Positions 1-9,711 are shown, counted from the stretch's first letter. The stretch is DNA of 64,000 nucleotides from Alphaproteobacteria bacterium (GCA_965248835.1 CBDFLJ010000002.1:2016001-2080000), one strand, 5' to 3'. The notes: generated by a model from the sequence alone, not told the origin. Numbers and translations are program-made.

Positions 1-56
1 CCGCGCATGATTCGCATAGAATCCCTATAAGCTGAGCGCAGGGAAGAGGGGCGGAG

Positions 57-1049
57 ATGGCTGGGAACGGGAACGGAATGGACCGGAACCTAGCGCTGGA
101 AGCCGTCCGGGTGACCGAGGCGGCAGCGCTTGCCGCCTCGCGGCTGATGGGGCGCGGCGACGAGCAGGCGGCCGATCAGGTCGCGGTCGATGCGATGCGC
201 ACGGCGCTCAACAGCCTGAGCATCGACGGCACCGTGGTCATCGGCGAGGGCGAGCGCGACGAGGCGCCGATGCTCTATATCGGCGAGAAGGTCGGCGCCG
301 GCGGTGGGCCGAAGATCGACATCGCCCTCGATCCGCTCGAGGGCACGACGATCACCGCCAAGGGCCTGACCAACGCGCTGTCGGTCATCGCGATGGCCGA
401 GGAAGGCGGCTTCCTCTACTCGCCCGACGTCTACATGGAAAAGATCGCCGTCGGCGGCGGGTTGCCCGAGGGCGTGGTCGACCTCGACCGGAACCCGGCC
501 GACAACCTCAAAAGCCTGGCCGACGCCAAGGGTGTGGAGGTCGCCGACCTTGTCGCCTGCATCCTCGACCGGCCGCGCCACGAGGAGCTCATCGGCCAGG
601 TCCGCGAGGCCGGCGCGCGGATCATGCTGATCACCGACGGCGACGTCTCGGGCGTGATCGCCACCTCGGAGGCCGAAAGCGGCGTCGACATCTATCTCGG
701 CTCGGGCGGTGCACCCGAGGGCGTGCTCGCCGCGGCCGCGCTGCGCTGCATCGGCGGACAGATGCAGGGACGGCTGTTGTTCCGCAACGACGACGAACGC
801 CGGCGGGCCGCCAATTGCGGCATCGTCGACCTCGATCGCAAATACGGGCTGCTCGACCTTGCCAACGGCGATGTGATGTTCGCCGCCACCGGGGTGACCG
901 GCGGCACCATGCTGCGCGGGGTACGGCGCTTCGCCGGGGGCGCCTATACCCATTCGATGGTCATGCGCTCGAAATCGGGCACCGTGCGCTATGTCGAGGC
1001 GCACCACAACTTCCAACGCAAGACCGGCTTCGATCCGGTCGACCGGTAG
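57..1049 (+). CDS. glpX: Class II fructose-1,6-bisphosphatase
   Basis: Motifs VIGEGERDEAPML, DPLEGT, DGDV and GGAPEGVLAAAA typical of GlpX; start could be ATG at 78. Confidence 0.96.
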   Translation: MAGNGNGMDRNLALEAVRVTEAAALAASRLMGRGDEQAADQVAVDAMRTALNSLSIDGTVVIGEGERDEAPMLYIGEKVGAGGGPKIDIALDPLEGTTITAKGLTNALSVIAMAEEGGFLYSPDVYMEKIAVGGGLPEGVVDLDRNPADNLKSLADAKGVEVADLVACILDRPRHEELIGQVREAGARIMLITDGDVSGVIATSEAESGVDIYLGSGGAPEGVLAAAALRCIGGQMQGRLLFRNDDERRRAANCGIVDLDRKYGLLDLANGDVMFAATGVTGGTMLRGVRRFAGGAYTHSMVMRSKSGTVRYVEAHHNFQRKTGFDPVDR

Positions 1050-1067
1050 AATGCGCCGCCATCCGCC

Positions 1068-2870
1068 ATGACCGGCACGGAACAGTCCAGACCGCCCTTC
1101 CTCGGCGTCGCCTGCTCGCTCAAGGGCAAGCGGTGGCGTGCGCGGTTGGACGATGAGCGGCTGGCGCTGGGCCTGGCTCAGCAATCCGGGCTGCCGGAGC
1201 TTGTCGCCCGCGTGATCGCCGGCCGCGGGGTCGATGGCGCGAGCGTGGAAAACTTCCTCAACCCGACCTTGAGAGCCATGCTGCCCGACCCCTCGGTCCT
1301 GCGCGACATGGACCGCGCGGTCGAAAGAGTCCTCGCGGCCATCCAATCGGGTGAGAGCATCGGTGTGTTCGCCGACTACGACGTCGACGGCGCGACGTCG
1401 GCGGCGTTGCTGGTGCGCTTCTTCGCACGGATCGAACGGAGGCTCGACGTCTACGTCCCCGACCGGCTGCGCGAGGGCTACGGCCCCAACGCCGGCGGTC
1501 TCGAGGCGCTGCGGTCCGCCGGGGTCTCGCTGGTGATCACCGTCGATTGCGGCACCACCGCGCACCGCCCGCTCGCCGAGGCGGCGGCTTCCGGGCTCGA
1601 TGTCATCGTGCTCGACCATCATGTCGCCGAGGCCGCGCTGCCGGAAGCGGTGGCGGTGGTCAACCCGAACCGGCTCGATGAGGACAACGCGTTCGGCCAG
1701 CTCGCCGCGGTCGGTGTGACGTTCCTGTTCCTGGTCGCGCTCAACCGGGCGCTGCGCGAGGCCGGATGGTACGGCCACGGCCACGCGGAACCGGACCTGA
1801 TGGCCTGGCTCGACCTGGTGGCGCTGGGCACGGTGTGCGATGTCGTCCCGCTCCAGGGCGTCAACCGCGCGCTGGTGTGCCAGGGGTTCAAGGTGATGGC
1901 GCAGCGGAACAATCCGGGGCTCGCCGCCTTGGCGGACGTCGCCGGTCTGGACCAGCGGCCGGACGCCTACCACGCGGGCTTCGTGTTCGGTCCGCGGGTC
2001 AATGCCGGCGGGCGCATCGGCGATGCCGGGCTCGGCGTGCGCCTGCTGTCGACCGAGACGGCCGAGGAAGCGGCCGCGATTGCCGGCCAGCTCGATGCGT
2101 GCAACCACCAGCGCCGCGATGTCGAAGCGGCGGTGCTGGCCGAAGCCGAGATCCTGGCGGCCGAAGCGGTCGCCGGCTGCGATCCCGGCCGCGCGCCGCT
2201 CCTGCTGGTCGCGGCCGAAGGCTGGCATCCCGGGGTCATCGGCATCGTCGCCTCGCGGCTCAAGGACAGCTACAACCGGCCGGCCTGCGTGGTCGCGCTC
2301 GACGGTCCGCTGGGCAAGGGCTCCGGGCGCTCCATCCCCGGCGTCGCGCTGGGGCCTGCCGTGATCGCAGCCCGGCAGGCGGGCCTGCTGATCAACGGCG
2401 GCGGCCATGCGATGGCGGCCGGGTTCACGGTCGCGGCCGAGCGCATCGACGATCTGGCGGCCTTCCTCAACGAGCACATCGCCCGCCAACTCGACTTCCG
2501 CGCCCCGGTGGTCGGGCTCGGCATCGATGCCGTGCTGTCGCCCGGCGGCGCAACGGCCGAAATCGTCGAGACGCTGGAGGCGGTCGGGCCGTTCGGCGCC
2601 GGCAACCCGCGGCCGCGTTTCGCGCTCCCTGCCGTGCGTATTGCCCGGGCCGATGTCGTCGGCGGCGATCATGTGCGCTGCTTCCTGGCCGGCAGCAACG
2701 GCGCGCATCGGCTCAAGGGGATCGCCTTTCGTGTGGCGGGCACGCCCCTGGGCGATGCGCTGCTGGGGACGCGCGGGCCGCTGCATGTCGCCGGTCATCT
2801 GCGCGCCGATTCCTGGAAGGGGCCCGGCGCCGTAGAACTTGTCATTGAGGACGCGGCGCACTTGGGATAA
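1068..2870 (+). CDS. recJ: Single-stranded-DNA-specific exonuclease RecJ
   Basis: DYDVDG, TVDCG, DHH, GTVCDVVPL, PRVNAGGR, GGGHAMAAG and PFGAGNP motifs. Confidence 0.96.
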   Translation: MTGTEQSRPPFLGVACSLKGKRWRARLDDERLALGLAQQSGLPELVARVIAGRGVDGASVENFLNPTLRAMLPDPSVLRDMDRAVERVLAAIQSGESIGVFADYDVDGATSAALLVRFFARIERRLDVYVPDRLREGYGPNAGGLEALRSAGVSLVITVDCGTTAHRPLAEAAASGLDVIVLDHHVAEAALPEAVAVVNPNRLDEDNAFGQLAAVGVTFLFLVALNRALREAGWYGHGHAEPDLMAWLDLVALGTVCDVVPLQGVNRALVCQGFKVMAQRNNPGLAALADVAGLDQRPDAYHAGFVFGPRVNAGGRIGDAGLGVRLLSTETAEEAAAIAGQLDACNHQRRDVEAAVLAEAEILAAEAVAGCDPGRAPLLLVAAEGWHPGVIGIVASRLKDSYNRPACVVALDGPLGKGSGRSIPGVALGPAVIAARQAGLLINGGGHAMAAGFTVAAERIDDLAAFLNEHIARQLDFRAPVVGLGIDAVLSPGGATAEIVETLEAVGPFGAGNPRPRFALPAVRIARADVVGGDHVRCFLAGSNGAHRLKGIAFRVAGTPLGDALLGTRGPLHVAGHLRADSWKGPGAVELVIEDAAHLG

Positions 2871-2887
2871 GGGGTGCGCAGGGGGCT

Positions 2888-3553
2888 TTGGTGGACGTGG
2901 TGACGGGCGGAGCAACGATTCGGCGGAACCGGGGCTGGTTCGAGCGGTTCGGGCGCGGGCTGCGCTATCGCTTCGTGGTGCCGATCAAGCGCAGCCGGCA
3001 CCCGCCGAGCTATACCGCGCGCAGCGTCTCGGTCGGCCTGTTCTGGGCGCTGACGCCGACGGTCGGCGTCCAGATGGCCTTGGTGCTGTTGAACTGGATC
3101 GTCTTTCGCCGGGTCATCCCGCGTTGGGATTTCAACGTCATCCACGCGATGGCCTGGACCTGGGTGACCAATTTCGCGACCGTCCTGCCGGTCTATTACG
3201 TCTTCTACTTCACCGGCCAGGTGCTGCTCGGCCGCTGGGACGACCTGACCGGCTACGAGGCCTTCGCCGGCCTGTGGAGCGTGCGCTTTACCGGCGGCGC
3301 AACGGATTATCTCGCCGGCGAGATCGATACCCTGCAAGCCTATCTCGACGTCATCATCGAAGGCTGGGGCCTGGCCCTGATCGTGGGCTGTTGGCCGTAT
3401 GCGATCCTCGGTGCCTGGATCGGCCATTCCTGGTCGCTCAAACTGGCCGTCGCCCGGCGCCGGCGCCTGTCGATCCGCCGCTTCGGCCGGCCCGGCGCGC
3501 CCTCGACGCGCTCGGACAACCAAGCCCGGCCGGATTGGCGACGCACCGGTTGA
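2888..3553 (+). CDS. DUF2062-family membrane protein
   Basis: P..TARSVSVGLFWALTP and WVTN motifs, several hydrophobic segments; commonly follows recJ. Confidence 0.7.
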   Translation: MVDVVTGGATIRRNRGWFERFGRGLRYRFVVPIKRSRHPPSYTARSVSVGLFWALTPTVGVQMALVLLNWIVFRRVIPRWDFNVIHAMAWTWVTNFATVLPVYYVFYFTGQVLLGRWDDLTGYEAFAGLWSVRFTGGATDYLAGEIDTLQAYLDVIIEGWGLALIVGCWPYAILGAWIGHSWSLKLAVARRRRLSIRRFGRPGAPSTRSDNQARPDWRRTG

Positions 3554-3588
3554 TTTCGCGCCGCCGTCCCGCTACCTATCGCGCACGC

Positions 3589-3664
3589 GACCCCATCGTC
3601 TAGAGGCCTAGGACATCAGCCTTTCACGCTGAAGACACGGGTTCGACTCCCGTTGGGGTCGCCA
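3589..3664 (+). tRNA. tRNA-Glu (anticodon TTC)
   Basis: Acceptor stem GACCCCA/TGGGGTC, anticodon arm TCAGC-CTTTCAC-GCTGA, T-loop GTTCGAC, encoded CCA end. Confidence 0.97.
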
Positions 3665-3783
3665 GTTCTTCCCTGGAATTCCGCGGGTCATTGGGTGTCG
3701 GCCGGGCGCCTTTCGAAGTATCTTGACCAGATGACCTACCGCTACAAACGTCGGCATATGGACGAAAGCGAAGACGGCGCGCG

Positions 3784-6132
3784 ATGACGTCCGACGGAAC
3801 TTCAGTGTCCGACAAGGGCGTGGGCGCTCGTCTCCAGCGCAAGGAAGACCGCCGGTTCCTGCACGGTCGGGGGCAATACATCGGCGACTTCCGGCCCGAC
3901 CGCATGAGCGAGGTGGCGTTCGTGCGCAGCCATGTTGCCCATGGCCGGATCGTCGGGCTCGACATACCCAAGCATCTGCGCGGCTCGGTCTTCGTTGCCG
4001 GCGACCTCGCCGATGTCGGCCCGATCCGAGCGGTCTCGCCGCTGCCGGGCTTCAAGGTCTCCGAACAGCCGGTGCTGGCCGCCGACAAGGTGCGCCAGGT
4101 GGGCGAGTTGATCGCAATATGCGTCGCCGACACGCGGGCCGAGGCCGAGGATATGGCGGATGCGGTGACGGTCGAGATCGACGCCCTGCCCGCCGTGGTC
4201 GACATGGTCGCGGCGTGCGATGCGGACTCCCCGCTGGTGCACGAAGCCTGGGGCGACAACGTCTATATCGAGATCGGCTACGACAACGATACCACTCAAG
4301 CGCGCGAGACGGCGCCGATTCGCATCACGCGCGAGCTTCGCACCGCGCGCCAATGCATGGTGCCGATCGAGGGGCGGGGCTTCATCGCCGAATGGGACAG
4401 CCGGCTCGAACAGCTCGTGGTCCACGCCGCCACCCAATTCCCGCATGTCGTGCGCACCGGCCTGGCGCAGTGCCTCGGCCTGGCCGAGGGCCAGCTCCGG
4501 GTGATCTCGCCGGATGTCGGCGGCGGGTTCGGCTACAAGGCGATCCTCGCGCCGGAGGAGGTCTGCCTGTGCTGGCTGGCGCTGCGGTTGAGGCATCCGG
4601 TGCGCTGGCTCGAGGACCGGCGCGAGCACCTGAGCGCCAACGCCAACTGCCGCGAGCATCACTACAAGATCACCGCCTACGCCGATGACAGCGGCCGCCT
4701 GCTGGCGCTCGATGCCGATTGCATCGTCGATTCGGGCGCCTATTCGTCCTATCCGTTCACCGCCGCGATCGAAGCCTCGCAGGTGGCAGCCATCCTGCCG
4801 GGCCCCTACGACCTGGCCGGCTACCGGTGCAGATCGGTTTCCGTGGCCACCAACAAGCCGCCGATCCTGCCGTATCGCGGCGTGGCGCGCCCCGGGGTGT
4901 GCTACGCGATGGAAGTCATGATCGATGCCGTCGCGCACGCCGTCGGGATCGAGCCGTGGCAGGTCCGGCTGCGCAACCTGGTACCGCCCGAGGCGATGCC
5001 CTACGACAACATCACCGACAAGCACTTCGACAGCGGCGACTATCCGGCGCTGCTCAACCGCGCGGTCGAGGCGATCGATGTCCAGGGCGTGCGGGCACGC
5101 CAGCGGCGCGGCGAAGCGGATGGACGCCTGATCGGCCTCGGGTTCGCCAGCCTGTCCGAGCAGGCCGCCCACGGCACGACCGCCGACGGCAAGAAACGGG
5201 CGCTTCACGAACTCGCCATGGCACGGCTGACCCCCGACGGCGGGCTGGAGCTCAGGGTTGGCGTGCACAGCCATGGCCAGGGCCTGGAGACGACGCTGGC
5301 CCAGATCGCGCACGAGATCCTCGGCATCGATCCGGGCGCGGTCCGTCTCGTCCACGGCGATACCGCGCTGACGCCATACTCGACCGGTACCTGGGGATCG
5401 CGCTGCATCGTCTGGGCCGGCGGCGCGACCGCCAGCGCCTGCCGCGAGATCGCGACGCGGGCCGCCCGGATCGGCGCGCGGATGCTGCAGACCAACGAGG
5501 ACAGCGTCGCCGTTCTCGACGGCGCCGTTGTCGGGCCGTCGGGCAGCGTCTCGCTGGCCGAGATCGCCGCCGCCTATTACCTGCGCCCGGCCGATCTTCC
5601 CGACGACATCGATTCACGCGGGCTCGAGGCGACCGAGGGCTACGCGCCGGGCGTGCGGACGGGCGTGCATACCGGCGCGACGCACGCGGCCGTGGTCGCG
5701 CTCGACCCGGGAACCGGGGTGGTCGAGATCCTCGATTATGTCGTCGCCGAAGATGCCGGGGTGATGATCAACCCGATGATCGTCGACGGCCAAATCATCG
5801 GCGGTACCGCCCAGGGCGTCGGCTCGGCGCTGTTCGAGGAGGCGCGGTTCGGCGCGGACGGCCAGCCGCTCGACACCACGCTGGCGGACTATCTGCTGCC
5901 GGGAGCCAGCGAAATGCCCGATGTCCGGGTCCTGCACATGCAGACCCCCTCGCCCTATACGACCTTCGGCCAGAAGGGTGTCGGCGAGGGCGGTGCGATC
6001 GGACCCGGCGCGGCGATCACCAACGCGATCAACGACGCGCTGCGGCCGCTGGGGGCCGAGCTGTGCGAGATCCCGGCCACGCCGCGGCGCGTGCTGCAAG
6101 CGATCGCCGATGCCCGGGAGAGAACCGGGTGA
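3784..6132 (+). CDS. Xanthine dehydrogenase family molybdopterin-binding (CoxL-like) large subunit
   Basis: R.EDRRFL.GRG N-terminus, DVGGGFGYK, PYRGVARP, HGQGLETT, KGVGEGG; lacks the form I CODH AYxCSFR motif. Confidence 0.92.
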   Translation: MTSDGTSVSDKGVGARLQRKEDRRFLHGRGQYIGDFRPDRMSEVAFVRSHVAHGRIVGLDIPKHLRGSVFVAGDLADVGPIRAVSPLPGFKVSEQPVLAADKVRQVGELIAICVADTRAEAEDMADAVTVEIDALPAVVDMVAACDADSPLVHEAWGDNVYIEIGYDNDTTQARETAPIRITRELRTARQCMVPIEGRGFIAEWDSRLEQLVVHAATQFPHVVRTGLAQCLGLAEGQLRVISPDVGGGFGYKAILAPEEVCLCWLALRLRHPVRWLEDRREHLSANANCREHHYKITAYADDSGRLLALDADCIVDSGAYSSYPFTAAIEASQVAAILPGPYDLAGYRCRSVSVATNKPPILPYRGVARPGVCYAMEVMIDAVAHAVGIEPWQVRLRNLVPPEAMPYDNITDKHFDSGDYPALLNRAVEAIDVQGVRARQRRGEADGRLIGLGFASLSEQAAHGTTADGKKRALHELAMARLTPDGGLELRVGVHSHGQGLETTLAQIAHEILGIDPGAVRLVHGDTALTPYSTGTWGSRCIVWAGGATASACREIATRAARIGARMLQTNEDSVAVLDGAVVGPSGSVSLAEIAAAYYLRPADLPDDIDSRGLEATEGYAPGVRTGVHTGATHAAVVALDPGTGVVEILDYVVAEDAGVMINPMIVDGQIIGGTAQGVGSALFEEARFGADGQPLDTTLADYLLPGASEMPDVRVLHMQTPSPYTTFGQKGVGEGGAIGPGAAITNAINDALRPLGAELCEIPATPRRVLQAIADARERTG

Positions 6133-6136
6133 GTCG

Positions 6137-7843
6137 GTGGGCGAGGCGCTGAGCTTGGAGACCGACGTGGTGGTCGCCGGCGGCGGCGGCGCGGGCATGT
6201 ACGCCGCCATCGCCGCGGCCCGCAACGGCGCCCGGGTTGTGCTGATCGACAAGAACGTCATCGGCCGCGGCGGCGCTACGATCATGGCGCAAATGACCTG
6301 CGCGGCCGCCTTGTCCGAGACCGAGCCGGACGCCCCGGCGCTTCACACCGAAGATACGATCGAGGCCGGACGCGGGCTGTGCGACGAAAACCTCGCGGCG
6401 CTTCTATGCGACAACGCGCCGCTGCGCATCCGCGAGCTCAGGGGCTGGAGGGTCGACTGGGCCGAGGACGAGCGCGGCCGGATCAAGCAGGTCATCGCGC
6501 CGGGCCACGGCCGCAAGCGCTGCTGCTATGTCGACTTCCTGCGTACCGGCGCGGCCATATCGGCCGCGCTGCGCAACCGGATAAGCAGGACCGAGCCGAT
6601 CCGGCGTCTGAGCAATGTGAGCCTGACCGAGATCGTCGTCGACGATGGCCGGGTCCGCGGAACGATCGGCCTGGATCTGCCGACCGGCGCACAAGTCGCC
6701 ATCGCGGCCCCGGCGGTCGTGCTCGCGAGCGGGGGCCTGACCAGCCTGTTCCGGCGCACCACCGCCTCGAACAATATCGCCGGCGAAGGCATCGGCCTCG
6801 CCTTGAGAGCAGGCGCGCGGCTGGTCGATATGGAGTTCGTGCAGTTCTTCCCGATGGGCCATCTGGCGCCACGGCTGGTCGGGTTGGATCCGACGACCTG
6901 GGAGCCGATGCGGGTCAAGCTCGGCGGCCGGATCATCAACCGCGACGGCGTGGAATTCATGAACGACTACGGCCGCGCCGAGGCCGCGACCTACAATTCC
7001 ACCCGGGACCAGCTCACCTATGCGATCTACAAGGAGGTCGAGGCCGGGCGGGGATCGCCTCATGGCGGGGTCTATCTTTCGTTCGAGCATATCGACGAGC
7101 CGACCATCCGCGCCGCGATCGGGCCGGCGATCGACATCTTCCTGCGCAACGGCATCGACCTCACCAAACAGCCTGTCGAGGTCTCGCCGATCGCCCACTA
7201 CCTGATGGGCGGCATCGAGGTGAATACGAGGCTGGAGACCTGTGTCGAAGGCCTTTATGCGGCCGGCGAGGCGGCCGGCGGCGCCAACGGCGCAAACCGG
7301 CTGTCGGGCAACGCGCTGCCCGAGGCGGTGGTGTTCGGCGAGCGCGCCGGACAGTTCGCCGCCGAGTACGCGGCCGCCGCCGGCTCGGCCCGGCGCAGCG
7401 CTGTCGTTGCCCGCGATGCGATCGAGCCGATCCGCCCGCGCACGCACCGCGCCGTCGGGCCGGACGCCTCGCCCAAGGCGTTGACCAACGAGCTGCGGAG
7501 GCTGATGTGGGACAACGCCGGCCCCTTCCGCGACGCGCGGCGGCTGGGCACCGCGCTCGAGCGGATCCGAACCATGCGGCGGCGCGACCTGGGCGACCTC
7601 GACGTCGGCCGGGAATTGGCGTTCAACACCTCGCTGGTCGAGTGGTTCGAGCTCCGCAACGGGCTCCTGGCCGCCGAGGCGGTGGTGCTTGCCGCGCTGG
7701 GGCGCGAGGAAAGCCGCGGCGCCCATCAAAGGATCGACTTCGTCGAGACCAGAGCCGATCTGCAACGGCCGCAGGTCATATCGCTGCACGGCGATGGCAT
7801 GGTCTCGGCCTTCGACAGCCATCGGGCGAGGACGCCGGCATGA
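6137..7843 (+). CDS. Succinate dehydrogenase/fumarate reductase flavoprotein-like FAD oxidoreductase (non-canonical)
   Basis: GGGGAG FAD motif, DMEFVQF, HYLMGGI, GANRLSGNAL, REESRGAH; GTG start at 6137 within track ORF 5921..7843. Confidence 0.88.
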   Translation: MGEALSLETDVVVAGGGGAGMYAAIAAARNGARVVLIDKNVIGRGGATIMAQMTCAAALSETEPDAPALHTEDTIEAGRGLCDENLAALLCDNAPLRIRELRGWRVDWAEDERGRIKQVIAPGHGRKRCCYVDFLRTGAAISAALRNRISRTEPIRRLSNVSLTEIVVDDGRVRGTIGLDLPTGAQVAIAAPAVVLASGGLTSLFRRTTASNNIAGEGIGLALRAGARLVDMEFVQFFPMGHLAPRLVGLDPTTWEPMRVKLGGRIINRDGVEFMNDYGRAEAATYNSTRDQLTYAIYKEVEAGRGSPHGGVYLSFEHIDEPTIRAAIGPAIDIFLRNGIDLTKQPVEVSPIAHYLMGGIEVNTRLETCVEGLYAAGEAAGGANGANRLSGNALPEAVVFGERAGQFAAEYAAAAGSARRSAVVARDAIEPIRPRTHRAVGPDASPKALTNELRRLMWDNAGPFRDARRLGTALERIRTMRRRDLGDLDVGRELAFNTSLVEWFELRNGLLAAEAVVLAALGREESRGAHQRIDFVETRADLQRPQVISLHGDGMVSAFDSHRARTPA

Positions 7844-8196
7844 ACCCGCAAACCGATGCCGCGAATCCGCGCTTGCTCGCACGGCTGAAGGTATGGCGCG
7901 GGCGGCCGGGCGAGGCCGGGCGGCACCAGGAATACGAGGTCCCCTACGAGGACGGCGACTCGGTTCTGGACGGCCTGGTGCGCATCCGCGATTTGCACGA
8001 TCCCGGACTCGCGGTCCGCTTCAGCTGCTTCAACGCCAATGTATGCAAGGAATGCACGATGGTGATCGACGGCCAGGTGGGGTATGCCTGCATGGTCAAG
8101 CTGCGGCCCGGCGTGACCCAGGTCGACCCGCTGGCCAACCGGGCGCTGATCCGCGATGTCGTCACCGATACGGTGTCGCGCAAGGAAAGGATCTAG
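7840..8196 (+). CDS. 2Fe-2S protein homologous to the SdhB/FrdB N-terminal domain only (118 aa)
   Basis: SVLDGL..I...DP.LAVRFSC, C-x5-C-x2-C-x11-C, PL....IRD; ATGA overlap with upstream gene; C-terminal part of track ORF 6379..8196. Confidence 0.85.
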   Translation: MNPQTDAANPRLLARLKVWRGRPGEAGRHQEYEVPYEDGDSVLDGLVRIRDLHDPGLAVRFSCFNANVCKECTMVIDGQVGYACMVKLRPGVTQVDPLANRALIRDVVTDTVSRKERI

Positions 8197-8308
8197 CGGC
8201 CCGCCGGTTTTGACAAATCAACGCGCGGTGGCCGGCTGCATCGGCGGCGTGCTAGGGTCGGTAGTTGGGTCGCGGTAAAGTAGAGCCACCAATGGTCGCA
8301 CTCAAATC

Positions 8309-8325
8309 GCATGTCAATGACATGC
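8309..8325. promoter_or_regulatory. Perfect palindrome GCATGTCA-A-TGACATGC, candidate transcription-factor operator
   Basis: 8-bp inverted repeat 25 nt upstream of the SBP start, flanked by direct repeat GCACTCAA (8298, 8324). Confidence 0.5.
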
Positions 8326-8350
8326 ACTCAATCAGGCTGGGGAGGACAGA

Positions 8351-9565
8351 ATGAACATGGATGTCAGCAGAAGGTTCGCCTGCGCGGCCGTTTCGGCGGC
8401 CGCCGCGGCGCTGGTTCTTGGCGCCTCGGTCGGGCAGGCCCAAGACGTCATCAAGATCGGCACGCCGCTCGCCCTGACCGGGCCGCTTGCCGATGAAGGC
8501 AAGAAACAGCAAGTCGCCTACGACATGTGGCTGAAGCGCGTCAACGCGGCCGGCGGCATCGACGTCGGCGGGCAAAAGATGAAGGTCCAACTGGTCGCCT
8601 ACGATTACCAGACCAATGGCAAACGCGCCCAGCAGATCGCCGAGAAGCTGATCACCAGCGACAAGGTCGATTTCCTGTCCGCCCCGTTCGGATCGGGCCA
8701 CACCAAGATCGTCGCCGCGGTCGCCGAGCGCTACGGCGTACCGCTGATGGCGTCGGTGTCCTCGTCATTGTCGGTCTACAACCAGGGCTTCAAGAACCTG
8801 TTCGGCACCCTGGCGCCGAACACCGGCTTGACCGATGCGATGTTCGCTCACTTCAGATCGGCGATGCCGAACGCGAAAAAGGTCGCAATCCTGGGGCGCG
8901 ACGACGTGTTCCCGAAATCGATGGCCAAGGCGCTTTCTAAGGACGCGGCCAAGTTCGGCTATGAGGTGGTCTACGATGAGCTCTATTCAGTCGGCACGCT
9001 GGACCATTCCTCGGCGCTGTCGCGCATCAAGTCGCTCAAGCCCGATTGGATCTACATCACCGGCTACACCTCGGACCTCGTGCTGGCGCGCAAGCAGATG
9101 GCCGATCTGGGTGTCCATGCGCCGATCATCACCATGATCACCGGCCCGGCCTACAAGGAGTTCGTCGACGGGCTGGGCAAGCTCGCCGAAGGCGTAACCA
9201 GCGCCTCCTGGTGGCATCACGCGACGCGCTATACCACCGATGACGTGTTCGGCTCGACCGAGAATTTCTACAAGGCGTTCGTCGCCCGCGAAGGCCACGA
9301 TCCCGACTACGTGCACGCGTCATCGGCCGCCGCGCTGATCGCCCTTCAGAAGGCGATCGAGAAAGCCGGCTCCAAGGACCGTGCCAAGGTCCGCAAGGCA
9401 CTGGCCGACCTGGATATCGTGACCTTCTACGGGCCGATCAATTTCGGCGCCAATGGCATGAACCAAGTGCGCAAGCTGCCGATCATCCAGATCCAGAACG
9501 GCAAGCCGGTCGTGCTGGCGCCCGCCGATATCAAACAGGCCAACATGGTCCCGGCGGCGAAGTGA
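8351..9565 (+). CDS. Branched-chain amino acid-type ABC transporter substrate-binding protein
   Basis: Signal peptide, IKIG...ALTG, VNAAGGI, PFGSG; GGAGG RBS. Confidence 0.92.
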   Translation: MNMDVSRRFACAAVSAAAAALVLGASVGQAQDVIKIGTPLALTGPLADEGKKQQVAYDMWLKRVNAAGGIDVGGQKMKVQLVAYDYQTNGKRAQQIAEKLITSDKVDFLSAPFGSGHTKIVAAVAERYGVPLMASVSSSLSVYNQGFKNLFGTLAPNTGLTDAMFAHFRSAMPNAKKVAILGRDDVFPKSMAKALSKDAAKFGYEVVYDELYSVGTLDHSSALSRIKSLKPDWIYITGYTSDLVLARKQMADLGVHAPIITMITGPAYKEFVDGLGKLAEGVTSASWWHHATRYTTDDVFGSTENFYKAFVAREGHDPDYVHASSAAALIALQKAIEKAGSKDRAKVRKALADLDIVTFYGPINFGANGMNQVRKLPIIQIQNGKPVVLAPADIKQANMVPAAK

Positions 9566-9585
9566 CGGCATAGCGGCGGCCGGCT

Positions 9586-9655
9586 CGCCGGCGGGCGGGA
9601 GAAGCTCGATCGATCCCTGCCCCGCCGGCGGCCCGGCCGGCGCGATTGCGCCGGC
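9586..9655. repeat. Two GC-rich stem-loops between SBP and permease genes
   Basis: CGCCGGCGGG (9586) / CCCGCCGGCG (9621) and GCCGGCGC-GATT-GCGCCGGC (9636-9655). Confidence 0.5.
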
Positions 9656-9711
9656 AAGCGCCGGCCGCGGCGCAGTCTCCGCGCTCGGCCTCCCACCGCT
9701 AGAGCTGGTCG

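Noticed and set aside
90-2915. 941-aa minus-strand ORF and many similar long antisense or alternate-frame ORFs throughout the window
   Set aside because: Shadow ORFs of high-GC coding DNA opposite clear genes; Arg/Ala/Pro-rich with no motifs.
6137-8196. Respiratory sdhAB/frdAB
   Set aside because: No covalent-FAD His, a truncated Fe-S subunit and no membrane anchor genes.
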